A DNA stretch of 64,000 nt from Candidatus Parcubacteria bacterium (GTDB taxonomy: Bacteria; Patescibacteriota; Microgenomatia; UBA12405): positions 21,129 through 85,128 of the forward strand of contig JAEWUV010000006.1 in assembly GCA_023396915.1 (NCBI GenBank). Reading direction: 5' to 3'. The position numbers were made by a program, and so were the translations under genes. The notes beneath the pieces were generated by a model. That model searched no databases. It saw only the letters and a program-made list of their open reading frames with translations, and was not told the DNA's origin. Positions 36,001-44,819 of this stretch are shown here, piece by piece. The first letter of the stretch is position 1. Each line of letters begins with the position of its first letter.

Positions 36001-36453
36001 GTCATATTTATCATCTAAGATTAATTGCGATATTTCTCCTTCAATGCAGGCACTGCTACAAATAATACCTTCGTGATATTTGGTTAAAAGTTCCCAGTCG
36101 ATACGTGGTTTGTAGTAATAGCCTTCAATATGGGCAGTACTGACTAATCTCATTAAATTTTGATAACCTTGTTGGTTTTTGGCTAGAAGAATTAAATGTT
36201 GATTGCGGCGATTGCTGGTAGATTTATCTAAGTGTCCGTTTGGGGCTAAATATGTTTCACAACCAATAATTGGTTTAATGCCGGCTTTGGTGCAAGTTTT
36301 GTAAAATTCTACAGCGCCATACATAACTCCGTGATCGGTTATAGCAATAGAATTCATACCCATTTCTTTGACAGTGCTAACTAGATTTTTGATTTTAGAA
36401 AGTCCGTCTAAAAGTGAATATTCAGTATGAACGTGAAGATGAACAAAAGACAT
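33034..36453 (-). CDS. dnaE: DNA polymerase III alpha subunit
   Basis: N-terminal PHP domain (FVHLHVHTEYSLLDG). Polymerase core and OB-fold, 1139 aa. Confidence 0.9.
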   Translation of the reverse strand: MSFVHLHVHTEYSLLDGLSKIKNLVSTVKEMGMNSIAITDHGVMYGAVEFYKTCTKAGIKPIIGCETYLAPNGHLDKSTSNRRNQHLILLAKNQQGYQNLMRLVSTAHIEGYYYKPRIDWELLTKYHEGIICSSACIEGEISQLILDDKYDQAKKRAQDFQQLFGNDYYLEIQRHPGLEGQETANEGIVKISREIGVPLIATNDAHYIKKEDAFAQDVLVMINTQTTINDTKRMSMLDIPDFYIKSPEEMQQQFIDYPDALENTQKIADKCDLEIELGKWYFPKFKLPKDKTAEQTLHDAVYQAAKEHYGDNLNQEITDRIEYEMDVICSKGYAAYFLIMRDFIQWTEENDTPTNTRGSAAGCLVAFVLGITPVDPLIYQLPFERFLNKDRPSPPDIDLDIADDKRQGMLYHIIDQYGKDAVAQICTFGRMMAKGAVRDTARVLGYEYSTGDKISKLIPEGSQGFPMSIDKALSITPELKSLYNSDPDAKKIIDSAKQIEGCARHISVHACAIVISPTTINDFSPTQLETGGDKTITQYEMHACEDVGLIKFDILGIRNLSFLGQAVVNVRKSKKIEINLRKIPLDDQKTFDMLSRGSTMGTFQLSGEGMTKWLKELKPNRIEDLMAMVALYRPGPMGIIPEYIARKNDSSKIDYFDPKMEKFLKSSYGLLVYQDDCLYTAIELAGYNWTEVDKFRKAIGKKIPEEMAAQKEKFINGCVKNGYTKKKAEEIFKLIEPFTSYGFNKAHAASYGMLAYRTAYMKANYPVEYMCALLTAESGDTEKITNGIEESRKMGIIVAPPDINKSNSGFEIEENPNSLEKMSIRFGLSAIKNVGIAAIENILKERENGPFVNFNDFCIRVDSQKVNKRVLESLIKVGALDQFGERNAILASLDKIRTDCEKLSDKKNSGQFGLFDTPNEDKGKIIAPPDKFLEVEPMPEHDRLIMEKDLIGVFVTENPLTKILEPFNSLNLPKINEILGYSSGAPVKLVAVIQKVRNIFTKKSNAKMAFVTLTDETETIEAVVFPKIYEKIADLLKENKAVYIEGKTNMREGNLSILIDNLTDKAPKNTDKYDFVITVPQSASQSQLMQLNTLLKNNPNGHKGLIILPNGKNLPLNYGVNYNKKLQQQIDDILLSKQS

Positions 36454-36464
36454 ATTGATAGTTT

Positions 36465-36489
36465 AAAGTTAAAAGTTAAAAGTTAAAAG
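36465..36489. repeat. tandem heptamer repeat (AAAGTTA x3.6) in the dnaE 5' leader
   Basis: Direct reading: aaagtta aaagtta aaagtta aaag, starting 12 nt upstream of the dnaE start codon. Confidence 0.6.
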
Positions 36490-36535
36490 ACTAATAAACT
36501 GAATCAATTCTAAAAATACTAACATTATGCGGTAA

Positions 36536-37423
36536 TTACATCATTTCTTGAAGGGCTTTGATGCGGTCTTTGATAGGTGGGTGGGTAGAAAAAAGACTAG
36601 CGATTTTATTACTTTTAAAAGGATTAGTAATGTAAAGTGAAGCGGTGGCCGTGGAGGCGGTTTCAAAAACAGAGTCATCGTTGGATATTTTGGTTAGGGC
36701 ATCGATTAAAGCTTGAGGTTGACGGGTTAGTTTAACTGCTGAAGCATCAGCGTAATATTCTCGGCGACGAGAAATAGCCAGTTGAATTAATTGGGCAATT
36801 AAAGGGGCAAAAATTATCATAATAAATCCCAAAAGCATAATAATATTATTAGCTTGGTTATTTTCTTTATCGTTGCTTTTTCTGAAAAATGAAGAACGAT
36901 AAGCCATATTAATAAGAATTGAAAGTGAGCCAATAAGAATACTGACAAGAGTCATTAAACGAATATCGTAGTTTTTTATATGAGAAAGTTCGTGGGCGAT
37001 AACAGCTTCAAGTTCGCTACGGTTAAGTTTTGGTAAAAGACCCGTTGTTACACAAACGACCGCGTGTTGAGGGTCGCGACCAGTGGCAAAAGCATTTGGA
37101 GCGTTAGTGCTAATGATATAAATTTGAGGCATGGGAGTTTGATTGGCAATACTTAAGTTTTCGATAACTTGATATAAAAGAGGATAATTATTTTTATTGG
37201 CAGGTTGGGCGTGATTTAAGGCTAGAACCATTTTGTCGCCGTAAAAATAACTACCAAGAGAGGAAATGATCGAAAATAAAATGGCAAAAGCTAAAAAAAC
37301 TCCATCAAGATTGTAGGCACGAGTAATTAGGTAGGCAACTAAAACTATAAAGGCAGAAAATAAAGAGATAATAAAAGTAGATCTGATTTTATTACGACTT
37401 ATTTGTTCGTAGATATTGACCAT
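36536..37423 (-). CDS. htpX: HtpX-like M48 zinc metalloprotease
   Basis: HEXXH motif (HELSHIKNYD). TM helices at the N-terminus. Confidence 0.8.
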   Translation of the reverse strand: MVNIYEQISRNKIRSTFIISLFSAFIVLVAYLITRAYNLDGVFLAFAILFSIISSLGSYFYGDKMVLALNHAQPANKNNYPLLYQVIENLSIANQTPMPQIYIISTNAPNAFATGRDPQHAVVCVTTGLLPKLNRSELEAVIAHELSHIKNYDIRLMTLVSILIGSLSILINMAYRSSFFRKSNDKENNQANNIIMLLGFIMIIFAPLIAQLIQLAISRRREYYADASAVKLTRQPQALIDALTKISNDDSVFETASTATASLYITNPFKSNKIASLFSTHPPIKDRIKALQEMM

Positions 37424-37474
37424 AAAAACGAAACTCTTTCCGGTTGAACCGGTTTTTCCCTTAAAAAGGGCAAT

Positions 37475-38053
37475 TTATAACTGGACTTTTGGATTTTTCA
37501 TTTCTTCAGAAGTGATTTCGGTGGCAGATTTATCGTCTGGCATAGATAAGCCTTTTTCTGCTTCAAACCCAAAAAGTTTGGCGACCCAGACACCGGGTAT
37601 GGTGACAATAGATGAGTTGTAGTCGGCAGTTAGGTCGATTAAAGTTCGGCGGGAATACATAAGTTTGTCGGCAGTGTCGCGAAGTTCGTCCATAAGATTG
37701 TTAACTAAGGCAGAAGTTTGAAGTTCAGGATTGCTTTCAACTATGACTTTAAGTGAGCTTAGAATTTTGTTAATAGTTTTTTGGGATTCATCAAGTGCTT
37801 TTGGATTATTAGTATTAGCGGCTGTTTCTATGGTTTTTCTGGCATTAGTTAAATCTTCAAAAATTCCTTTTTCATGAGTCATATAACCTTTGACAGAATT
37901 GACTAAATTTGGAATTAAGTCGGCTTGGCGCTTGAGTTGATTACCAATTTCTTGGATAGAGGCTTTGATACGGACTTGAAAAGTTTTTAATTTGTTATAA
38001 AAACTCATCATGACTAGGGCAATGATAATTAGAATTGCTAAGAAAATTAACAT
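37475..38053 (-). CDS. lemA: LemA family protein
   Basis: N-terminal TM followed by the LemA consensus (YNKLKTFQVRIKASIQEIGNQLKRQADLIPNLV). Typical lemA-htpX pairing. Confidence 0.75.
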   Translation of the reverse strand: MLIFLAILIIIALVMMSFYNKLKTFQVRIKASIQEIGNQLKRQADLIPNLVNSVKGYMTHEKGIFEDLTNARKTIETAANTNNPKALDESQKTINKILSSLKVIVESNPELQTSALVNNLMDELRDTADKLMYSRRTLIDLTADYNSSIVTIPGVWVAKLFGFEAEKGLSMPDDKSATEITSEEMKNPKVQL

Positions 38054-38068
38054 AATTTTTGTTAAAAA

Positions 38069-39112
38069 TTAACCTGATTGATTATAGCATTTATAAGCGG
38101 TTTCAAGTTCGTTTTCTCCTAATCTATTTTTGGGTTCTATGTAGCAAAGTTTTAAGAAATTATAAAGTTTTTTTTCATTAGTAAAATTATAAATTTTTCC
38201 TGTTTTTAGGTTTTTTATTCCATATTCTGAGACTGAATAACCTAAAGAAAGGGCATGTTTTCGAAGTAAGATATTGTGTTGGCGTGAACCGGTAAAATGT
38301 TGTAAAAGCGAGGCAAAATTTTTGGCCGGTTGGACCATAATATCAACCCTAATATCTGGATAAATTTTAATGGAAGCTTTTTTGGCCCCACGATCAATAG
38401 TTTGAATATTTTCAGGATATTGAATGAAATAATCCAAAATTTTTGCAGAATTTTTTGATTTAGCGGCTAGGTCAATATCCCCTATCGTAAGTGAATGTCG
38501 ACGTAAACTGCCGAGGGCGTAAATTTCAATTTTGGGAAATTTTTCATGAAGATATTTAATGATTTTGTCAGATTTAATTTTGGCTTCTTGATAATACATG
38601 CGGCGACTTTGACCTAAAAAGGCTAGTGTATTTTCTAGTATTGAGGCTTCGGATTTAATTCCAAAATGGGGCCAATTTCTAATTTTGCCTTGCCGACAAT
38701 ATTGGATTAACTGGTCCAATGCTTTGAGTGGATTTTTAGAAAATTTTAGTTTTTTGGTAAGAATATAAGCAGTTTTGGGGCCGATACTATTGATTTTGGT
38801 AAAAATGAAAACCAAAGGAGAGATACCTTTGAAGGCACGGATAACATGAGGGTGAAGTTTGCCGGTGGTAAAAAGATAAGTAATTTTGGTAAAAATGTTG
38901 GGACCAATGCCGGGAATATTATCAAATAATTGTGGGTCTTTTTGCCAAAGATGATAGACAGATTTGGGATAAGTCAGAATGGTTTCAGCAGCGTCTTGAT
39001 AGGATTTAATTCGGAAGAAATTTTTCTTTTTGATTTCGTAGGCAGTAGCAATATTTTGGAGTATCTCGGCAATTTGTTGGTTAGAGTAATCTTTTTTAGT
39101 TTTACTCATCAC
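38069..39112 (-). CDS. DNA polymerase beta-like (family X) nucleotidyltransferase
   Basis: HhH motif IPGIGPNI. NT_POLXc catalytic motif GSLRRHSLTIGDIDL. No PHP domain. Confidence 0.65.
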   Translation of the reverse strand: MMSKTKKDYSNQQIAEILQNIATAYEIKKKNFFRIKSYQDAAETILTYPKSVYHLWQKDPQLFDNIPGIGPNIFTKITYLFTTGKLHPHVIRAFKGISPLVFIFTKINSIGPKTAYILTKKLKFSKNPLKALDQLIQYCRQGKIRNWPHFGIKSEASILENTLAFLGQSRRMYYQEAKIKSDKIIKYLHEKFPKIEIYALGSLRRHSLTIGDIDLAAKSKNSAKILDYFIQYPENIQTIDRGAKKASIKIYPDIRVDIMVQPAKNFASLLQHFTGSRQHNILLRKHALSLGYSVSEYGIKNLKTGKIYNFTNEKKLYNFLKLCYIEPKNRLGENELETAYKCYNQSG

Positions 39113-39150
39113 TTGATTATATAAGATTTGGCGGCATATAATAGGTTCTC

Positions 39151-39885
39151 ATGTTTAAAGAAGGGTCTCCATCACATTCTTTGAATATTAATAAAGAAAA
39201 AAGTTTTAATTGGGACAGGGCTTTGGAGGCAGCAAAGTTTTTTGAACGCGACATTGATGTAGAGGATGTAGTTCCTAGATATGTTACTAATTGGGAGATT
39301 TTGGCTTCTTTTGTAAATTTGGCAATAGACTTAAAAGGAAAAGAATTTAAATACAACACTATAGTTTCTGATGATGGGGGTGGTCGAGTTATATCGATTT
39401 TTATAAAATATCTTTTTAGTATTAAGCGTATGGAGATTGAAAATAATGCTCCTAGTCCAATGGTTTATTTTGTTTCTCCACATAAACCGGATTTAGTGAA
39501 TAGTTTTGTTGATAATATTCATGATTCATTGGGAAAAGTCTTGGTGGTTACGGAATTAATTAGAAATGGGAAAGGGACGAGAGTTTTTGGTGATGCCTTG
39601 AAAAGATATAACGATGTAAGTTTTGATGTGGCCTCGGTTTCTAGTGTGAAGCCTGGAGTACCAGAACAACTAGAGTCTGAATATAACACTAAGGTGTTTG
39701 TAGGTGAGAGTCTAGGTTGGGGAGCGGGAGAGGTTTTTCATAAACAACCGTTTAATGCGGTTGGTGGTGTCCTTATAGAAGGGAAACCACATTTAAAAAA
39801 AAGAGATGATTTTGATTCCCCAGTTGTGGCTGCTGCTCGGAAGAATATTTTTACTTTAGCTGAGGAAATTTCGAAGTTAATTTAG
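39151..39885 (+). CDS. hypothetical protein, possibly phosphoribosyltransferase-like
   Basis: Weak PRTase-like motif VLVVTELIRNGKGT (hydrophobic run + acidic + G.T). Otherwise uncharacterised. Adjacent to the purine genes. Confidence 0.3.
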   Translation: MFKEGSPSHSLNINKEKSFNWDRALEAAKFFERDIDVEDVVPRYVTNWEILASFVNLAIDLKGKEFKYNTIVSDDGGGRVISIFIKYLFSIKRMEIENNAPSPMVYFVSPHKPDLVNSFVDNIHDSLGKVLVVTELIRNGKGTRVFGDALKRYNDVSFDVASVSSVKPGVPEQLESEYNTKVFVGESLGWGAGEVFHKQPFNAVGGVLIEGKPHLKKRDDFDSPVVAAARKNIFTLAEEISKLI

Positions 39886-40997
39886 GTAGTGATTTGGTCT
39901 AGACAATTATTTTTAACAGCTGATTTGATTTCCATAGCGACACGAGTACCGACACTTAAATGTTTTCCATAAAGATAGAAGTTGTAAGGAGTGGCAAAAA
40001 GTCCGGGTGATCCGGGCATTCTAGGTGAAACATCAATAACAACAATATCTTTTTGTGGAGGTCCGGGGACGATAATTGATTGAAGAGCAAAAGGACCAAT
40101 TACTCCGGGTGAATAAAGATCCTGACAGGCTTTGACAAAGCTTTCGCCTAAAATAAAAGCTTTTTCGAGCATTGATTCCAATACCGTGACAGCAATGTGG
40201 CCGGCTTCTTCATATTTAATTTCCATTTTTTTAAGAACTTCAGTTTGATAACTGACGGGAATACGAGAAAGACCTTCGAGATTGGTTTGGCGACGGGTAT
40301 CAGTGCCCATAAGCTCTAATCTTTTGCTAGTCGGTGAATAGAAATAATTAAAATTGGTATGAACTCCAGTGACAAATTCTTCGATTACAGATTTTTGTAA
40401 TTGTTCTTCGGTAAAGGCGCCTTGTTGAAGTAATTTATCAGTTTGATTTTTAAAATCTTGATAAGAATCGACCATAAAGAAAGCTCTTTCAAAACCACGG
40501 GCTTTTTCTAGAACTTTAACTAAACAAAGTCTGTCGATGTTTTTTGGGTCGGTGAATTGAATAGGAAAACGAATGCCGGCCGATTTTAGGATATCGTATT
40601 GGTTGGGTTTGACTCCCCTCTCTTCGGATTTGAGTAAAAATTTATTACCAAACATAGGAATTTTAAAGTCATTTTCAATAGCCTTGTAGTCGAAATTTAG
40701 GTAAACTTCAAAAGATCGATGAGGGACAAAAATGGTATTTTGATCAATTAATTGTTGTTGGATTTGAGGGTTAAGTAAATCAGAAAATTTGTCTAAAATT
40801 AGACAATTATCAACACAACCAATTTTTCCGTCGGTTTTGTAATATTTAGAATAAACAGCATCACGGCCCTTTTGGGCAATAACCAGTGTTTTGAAACCGA
40901 GTTTTTTGGCACCACTACAAACATCAAGAGCACTGTGTGAACCGAGAACGGCAATAGTAATTTTTGACGGGTCGTAAGTTTTAATTATATTCTCCAT
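39882..40997 (-). CDS. purP: PurP-family ATP-grasp protein (FAICAR synthetase paralog)
   Basis: Collinear with archaeal PurP (IAVLGSHSALDVCSGAKKLGF, VPHRSFEVYL, FGNKFLLKSE, NFNYFYSP, ELMGTDTRRQTN, PFALQSII). Paralog of the adjacent gene. Confidence 0.8.
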   Translation of the reverse strand: MENIIKTYDPSKITIAVLGSHSALDVCSGAKKLGFKTLVIAQKGRDAVYSKYYKTDGKIGCVDNCLILDKFSDLLNPQIQQQLIDQNTIFVPHRSFEVYLNFDYKAIENDFKIPMFGNKFLLKSEERGVKPNQYDILKSAGIRFPIQFTDPKNIDRLCLVKVLEKARGFERAFFMVDSYQDFKNQTDKLLQQGAFTEEQLQKSVIEEFVTGVHTNFNYFYSPTSKRLELMGTDTRRQTNLEGLSRIPVSYQTEVLKKMEIKYEEAGHIAVTVLESMLEKAFILGESFVKACQDLYSPGVIGPFALQSIIVPGPPQKDIVVIDVSPRMPGSPGLFATPYNFYLYGKHLSVGTRVAMEIKSAVKNNCLDQITT

Positions 40998-40998
40998 T

Positions 40999-42012
40999 TT
41001 AGTCTAAAATTAAATTTAATTTATTGGATTTTTTGGCTAAATTAATTTCTCGGGCGATACGACGACCAGTGCTCATGGGTTGACCATAAACCAAATCGCT
41101 ATAAGGAGATCCGTTGATATGGATGTTGGTACCGGCAACAATGCGGCAAGAAATTTCGATAATATGGAATTTTAGGTCGGGAGTAATAATAGTTTCCAAA
41201 CAAAAAGGTCCGTAAATACCTTTTTTGTCAATTAATTTTTGAGAAGCGGCAACTAGGCGTTCACCCATTTCGTAAGCTTCGGGCATCATGGATTCCCGTA
41301 AAACAACAGGGGTATTCCCTACTACGGTATAACTAGGATTAATATCAAGTTCTTGTTGGTTTTTTGAAGGGATTCTACCAAGTGAATCAACGTTGGTTTC
41401 ATAACGGCGATCCATACCAAGAATTTCAACTTGTTTGGTTAAAGGAGAATAAAAATAATGGATATAAAGATTGACACCGATGACATATTGTTGAATAGTA
41501 TATTTTTTGCCTTTGGGGATATTTTTAAGTTTTTTGGCTAAATCTTTTTTAGAACTGGCATAAAAATAACCACTACCACCATCAGCTCCGTGGGTTTTGA
41601 CGATAACAGGATATTCAATTTTATTAATGTCAGAGTATTCTTTTGGAGTATTAATATTGGCTTGTTTAAGCCAAAGGGATTGTTTATCTCTGTCGGCTTC
41701 CCAATCCAGAACGGCTTTGTTGCCAAAATAAGGTAAAGACATTTCTTTGTTTTTTTCTAGACCTAAGTGAGCCACAAAGCTACCATGAGGAATGACAATA
41801 GCATTTTCTTTTCGGAGTTCTGGTTCTACTTTAGAAAAATCTGACCAGTCGGGAATGGTAATAATTTTGTCGATAAAAGGGAAACGCTTATAAAAAGAAA
41901 CTCTGTCTGGGGTAGAAACCAGAATTGTGTTGAACTTCTCGTCTTTGGCGCCCTTAAGGATTTGAAGAGCAGAATGACTAGCTAGAGTAACGATACTATA
42001 TTTTTTATTCAC
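40999..42012 (-). CDS. purP: 5-formaminoimidazole-4-carboxamide ribonucleotide (FAICAR) synthetase, archaeal type
   Basis: Strong collinear similarity to M. jannaschii PurP as recalled (IVTLASHSALQILKGAKDEKF, IPHGSFVAHLGLE, YFGNKAVLDWEADR, YPVIVK, YIHYFYSPL, ILGMDRRYETNVD, GPFCLETI). Confidence 0.85.
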   Translation of the reverse strand: MNKKYSIVTLASHSALQILKGAKDEKFNTILVSTPDRVSFYKRFPFIDKIITIPDWSDFSKVEPELRKENAIVIPHGSFVAHLGLEKNKEMSLPYFGNKAVLDWEADRDKQSLWLKQANINTPKEYSDINKIEYPVIVKTHGADGGSGYFYASSKKDLAKKLKNIPKGKKYTIQQYVIGVNLYIHYFYSPLTKQVEILGMDRRYETNVDSLGRIPSKNQQELDINPSYTVVGNTPVVLRESMMPEAYEMGERLVAASQKLIDKKGIYGPFCLETIITPDLKFHIIEISCRIVAGTNIHINGSPYSDLVYGQPMSTGRRIAREINLAKKSNKLNLILD

Positions 42013-42060
42013 TGATAAGCTGAGTTTAAATGGCTAAGGGCGATAATTCAAGGCTATATT

Positions 42061-43467
42061 TTAAAGTTTCTCAACTCTGATGACCTGTTTCCTTTCCGGT
42101 CCGGTACCTAAAAGGACAGGTTGACAACCGGTTTTTTCCAAAAGAAATTTTAAATATTCTTTGGCCTCGTCAGGAATTTCGTCATAATTTTTGGCAGCAC
42201 TGATTTTATCAGTGTTCCATGAAGGAAGCTCTTGATATTGTGGTTCTACTAGGTCTGCCCACCATTGGTAAGGACGATAGTCAACTTTTTCTCCGGTGCT
42301 TTTTAATTTATATTCGGTGCAGAGTTTAATGTTAGTATTTGGTTTAATGGCATCCATGTGACTAATAGCAATTTCATTGGCATGGCTGACTTTGGCATAA
42401 AAGGCAGTAGCTACCAAGTCGGGAAAAGCAACATCTCGGGGTCTGCCGGTGGTTCCACCAAATTCATGGAAAGTGTCCCGGTACCAATTGGCCAAATCTT
42501 CGGGCATTTGGGTGGGTAATTTTCTGGCACCAACACTGGAACAGTAAAGTTTACTGATTCCAATTCGGTGTTCAATTTCCATATGATTAACCAAACCTTC
42601 GGTCGAGGCATCAATTCCGATAAAACTTGGGTCAGAGGCGGTTATATCAGGTTTGACTCCATATACCGGATGGATACCAACACCCTGAGACATTTCAAAA
42701 AGGAAAGCATACTTGTTCGGACTTTCCCAGGCTTGTTTGACAAAATCATAGACATCTTCGATATAAGGTAAAAGGAACTCACGATATTTTTTAAGGTTAG
42801 AAATAAAATCTTGTTTACTTCCAACTAGTTGTTTCTCTCCGCCTTTGGTGTCGGAAAAAATAGGAATTAAGATTTCTGACATTTTAAGGTCAAGGCCGGA
42901 TATAATTTGAGAAAAATAGTCGTAATGTTTTTCAAAAGCCCCAAAATTTCCTTCAACTAAATCTTTGACATAAAGTTCTTGGCGAAGGGTTCTGTCGGCA
43001 TAAGCGGGACTAATCCCTTGCCCGGTAGCTCCTTTGCCAATATCTTTGGTACTTTTAAGGGCGAATTCAAAAGCCTGATGAGTGGGTAGAGCTAAGGTGG
43101 CGGTAGCGCTGACTTTAATAGTTGAAGGAATTTCTCCTCCGGATAATTCTTTGACCTTGCCTATTTCATAGGTTAATCCCTGAGGGTTGATAACTTTGCT
43201 GTTGCCTAAAATGGCATAAACATTTTTATTAAAAACTCCGCTGGGAAGTTGGTGAAGATTAATAGAAATTCTTTGTCCATTATTCTGGTCTATTTCTATC
43301 CGGTGTCCAGCATTGGCTCCACCGCTAACACTGTAATCGACGCAAGTAAGGCCTTTTCCAACATACTCTTCGGCTATTTTATCGGCGAATTTTGCTTTAC
43401 CCTCATCTCCCCATTGGGCGCCTTGGATGGCGGTACTGTTTGGTCTGGTTTTAATCATATAACTCAT
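42061..43467 (-). CDS. purA: adenylosuccinate synthetase (divergent)
   Basis: PurA motifs GAQWGDEGKAK, GGANAGH, GATGQGISPAY, GGTTGRPRD, LGTGPER. The P-loop reads GKAK instead of GKGK. 468 aa. Confidence 0.75.
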   Translation of the reverse strand: MSYMIKTRPNSTAIQGAQWGDEGKAKFADKIAEEYVGKGLTCVDYSVSGGANAGHRIEIDQNNGQRISINLHQLPSGVFNKNVYAILGNSKVINPQGLTYEIGKVKELSGGEIPSTIKVSATATLALPTHQAFEFALKSTKDIGKGATGQGISPAYADRTLRQELYVKDLVEGNFGAFEKHYDYFSQIISGLDLKMSEILIPIFSDTKGGEKQLVGSKQDFISNLKKYREFLLPYIEDVYDFVKQAWESPNKYAFLFEMSQGVGIHPVYGVKPDITASDPSFIGIDASTEGLVNHMEIEHRIGISKLYCSSVGARKLPTQMPEDLANWYRDTFHEFGGTTGRPRDVAFPDLVATAFYAKVSHANEIAISHMDAIKPNTNIKLCTEYKLKSTGEKVDYRPYQWWADLVEPQYQELPSWNTDKISAAKNYDEIPDEAKEYLKFLLEKTGCQPVLLGTGPERKQVIRVEKL

Positions 43468-43586
43468 TTTAAGGTGGTTTTATTGTAAAAGAAAGGAATT
43501 GTTTAATGAGTAAATAGTAAGTATAATGAGGAAATAGACAAAAATTTACTATTTTGATATAGTATCTCTTGTCTTTAGACCAAAAA

Positions 43587-43660
43587 GGGTTTGTGGTGCA
43601 GCGGTCTAGCACATCCGCCTGTCACGCGGAAGATCGTGGGTTCGAATCCCATCAGACCCG
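43587..43660 (+). tRNA. tRNA-Asp(GTC)
   Basis: Acceptor stem GGGTTTG/CAGACCC. Anticodon arm tccgc-CTGTCAC-gcgga. T-loop GGTTCGAATCC. Confidence 0.8.
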
Positions 43661-43670
43661 CTTTTAAATT

Positions 43671-43698
43671 AATCCCCTATATTAGGGGATTTTTGATA
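43671..43698. terminator. bidirectional intrinsic terminator-like hairpin
   Basis: ATCCCCT-ATATT-AGGGGAT followed by TTTTT. Lies between tRNA-Asp (+) and the end of the radical SAM gene (-). Confidence 0.55.
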
Positions 43699-43713
43699 AG
43701 TTATTGTTTATCT

Positions 43714-44754
43714 TTATAGTTTTGTTTTGATTGGTGATTTGAGTTTACTGCGGCGCAACAAGCTTCTTAGTTCCTTGGCTAAATTTTGACTACTTGGAGC
43801 TCCCATTGTGCCGATTCGTTCATAAATTTTACGACGGGGTAGATTAATTGGGTTACGACAAAGTCCTTCATGAATGTCGTCTCCATAAATGCCAATGTTG
43901 GTTGGGAAATCTAATTGTTCGATAATTTGAGCTGTTTGTTCCACTATTTCGTATGGGGTTAAATTGCGATTTTGGTTTAATTGTTCTTGTCTTTTTATCC
44001 AAGTTTCGTAAGGAGTACCTTTTTTAACATCAAGCCCCATAAAAGTAACCCAGAAAGGCCTTGTTTCGTTGAGAACTCTAGCTGTTTCTCTTACATGATC
44101 TTCAAAATTGGCCATGCCACCAAGACCTGGCATAACCATAGTTGAGTTTCCTATACTAGTCCATCTTAGAATTTCTCCAGCCTTGACTGCTTCGTCTTGA
44201 GTGTTTCCTTTATTAATTATTCTTAATACATTATTGCTTCCGCTTTCTAGACCAACGTAGACTATTTTTTCGCTAATGCGTCCTCTCTTATCATGGTCAA
44301 CATTTTTGAATCTTGACATATATTCTTCTCCTTTACCTAAAACATCTTTTACTCTTCCATAAGTTGAAAGACGGACTGTCCTAGTAAAAAATTCTTTATC
44401 ATAAAGAGCTTGTATTATAGTTTGACAGGCTTCAATAAATTTTTTATTATCAACACTTAAGGCATTACCAGCACCAATAAAAATTCTGGGTCTCATAAAA
44501 GCATATTTAGCCTGTCTTTCTTTTGCGACAAAATCTAAAACCAAATTTACATGTCGACTAAACTCTTCAATTGATTTTTCGTTGTAACCAATTTGGCTAT
44601 ACATATCACAAAAAGTGCATCGACCATGATTACAACCGGTGGTTAGTTCAAATTGAATTCCTTCACTTCTGCTTTCTGATGGTGGAGGAGCCATAGGTTT
44701 ATCACTAAAACCATATGTACCAATTAACCTTTCACAAAGAGGCACATTTGCCAT
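43714..44754 (-). CDS. radical SAM superfamily protein with atypical CX4CX2C cluster motif
   Basis: FELTTGCNHGRCTFCDMY: three Cys spaced C-x4-C-x2-C with an aromatic residue before the last Cys. A glycine-rich SAM-binding-like GAGNAL follows. No further family assignment. Confidence 0.55.
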   Translation of the reverse strand: MANVPLCERLIGTYGFSDKPMAPPPSESRSEGIQFELTTGCNHGRCTFCDMYSQIGYNEKSIEEFSRHVNLVLDFVAKERQAKYAFMRPRIFIGAGNALSVDNKKFIEACQTIIQALYDKEFFTRTVRLSTYGRVKDVLGKGEEYMSRFKNVDHDKRGRISEKIVYVGLESGSNNVLRIINKGNTQDEAVKAGEILRWTSIGNSTMVMPGLGGMANFEDHVRETARVLNETRPFWVTFMGLDVKKGTPYETWIKRQEQLNQNRNLTPYEIVEQTAQIIEQLDFPTNIGIYGDDIHEGLCRNPINLPRRKIYERIGTMGAPSSQNLAKELRSLLRRSKLKSPIKTKL

Positions 44755-44819
44755 AATTGCGATGATTATATCAATTAATTAAACGTTTCGCTTTAATCCC
44801 ATATCTTAGGGGATTTTTT

